This document shows positions 63,526 to 64,000 of a stretch of DNA of 64,000 nt, one piece after another. The notes under the pieces are model-generated. The model saw only the letters and a list, made by a program, of their open reading frames with translations. It made no database searches and was not told the origin of the DNA. Both the position numbers and the translations under genes were made by a program. Within the stretch, counting starts at the first letter, position 1. Each line of letters opens with the position of its first letter. Origin of the DNA: Candidatus Sulfomarinibacteraceae bacterium (GTDB lineage Bacteria; Acidobacteriota; Thermoanaerobaculia; Thermoanaerobaculales; Sulfomarinibacteraceae); assembly GCA_963796455.1 (NCBI GenBank), contig CAWCLO010000002.1, positions 96,001-160,000 on the forward strand, written 5' to 3'.

Positions 63526-64000
63526 AACCCAAACGGTCGAACACTTCCCTCCATCGGTGGGCGACGAGCTCTTTTTCGTTTGCCGCCAACGGCAAGCGGT
63601 TCTTTTTGTAGTCGCGCTGGCTCTCGAGGTACTCTTCGAAATAGGGCCTGGCCGCTCCAAAATCCGCCATGCCGAGATCACGGTAGATCCCCGCCAGCGT
63701 CCCGATCGGGTCCTCCTGGAGCGAACGGAAACCCACATCGACCAACTCATCCTCGCCCAGGTCACCGCGCTGGTCGAAGAACGCGTTCATCAGTAGGGGA
63801 TAGGATTCGAGGATGTGCCGTGCGACACGGTCCCGCTCGGTGCTCTGCAGTCCCCAGGCCTCCTGGGCCTTGAGGTAGAGGTGTACAGAGGAGGCAAATA
63901 CCTTGTAAGGGTCGCGATGAATATGGATGAAACGACAACCCGGAAACATCTGTTTGAGGAGGGTGATTCTGGCGGTGTTGGCAGGGTTTTTCAACAGCAA
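63515..64000 (-). CDS. Sulfotransferase family protein (3' part only)
   Basis: LLKNPANTARI, FIHIHRDPY and L.EDP...L..IY motifs. Confidence 0.8.
   Translation of the reverse strand: MLLKNPANTARITLLKQMFPGCRFIHIHRDPYKVFASSVHLYLKAQEAWGLQSTERDRVARHILESYPLLMNAFFDQRGDLGEDELVDVGFRSLQEDPIGTLAGIYRDLGMADFGAARPYFEEYLESQRDYKKNRLPLAANEKELVAHRWREVFDRLGYAI

Overview
This is a GC-rich bacterial window with about 50 coding regions. The gene content resembles an anaerobic, peptide-degrading sediment bacterium such as Acidobacteriota/Thermoanaerobaculia, but that placement is a weak inference. It encodes many secreted peptidases and hydrolases (three S9, CocE/NonD, an Ntn-M14 fusion), plus PepP, IadA, tryptophanase and two NhaC-family transporters. 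It also holds larBCE without larA, a MarR-SnoaL-FMN reductase-pirin module, a HlyD/TolC/ABC-2 exporter, tesA-ybbA-ybbP, monomeric IDH, trkAH, a sulfatase and a sulfotransferase. No rRNA, tRNA, CRISPR array or transposase was seen. Main points of interest: (1) a hidden deiodinase-like selenoprotein (FGSFT-U-PPF, in-frame TGA at 23611 followed by a SECIS-like hairpin) that the ORF track splits in two; (2) four copies of a 0.5-1.1 kb non-coding composite element with inverted arms of periodic heptamers and a conserved multi-hairpin core showing compensatory base changes; (3) a 593-aa protein made of two tandem kinase-like repeats, the second degenerate, lying between two of those elements; (4) two unusual hydrolase fusions and a Tat-exported aldo/keto reductase lacking its catalytic residues. 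The clustered, insertion-biased frameshifts in tnaA and trkA, and one in atoE, look like sequencing errors.
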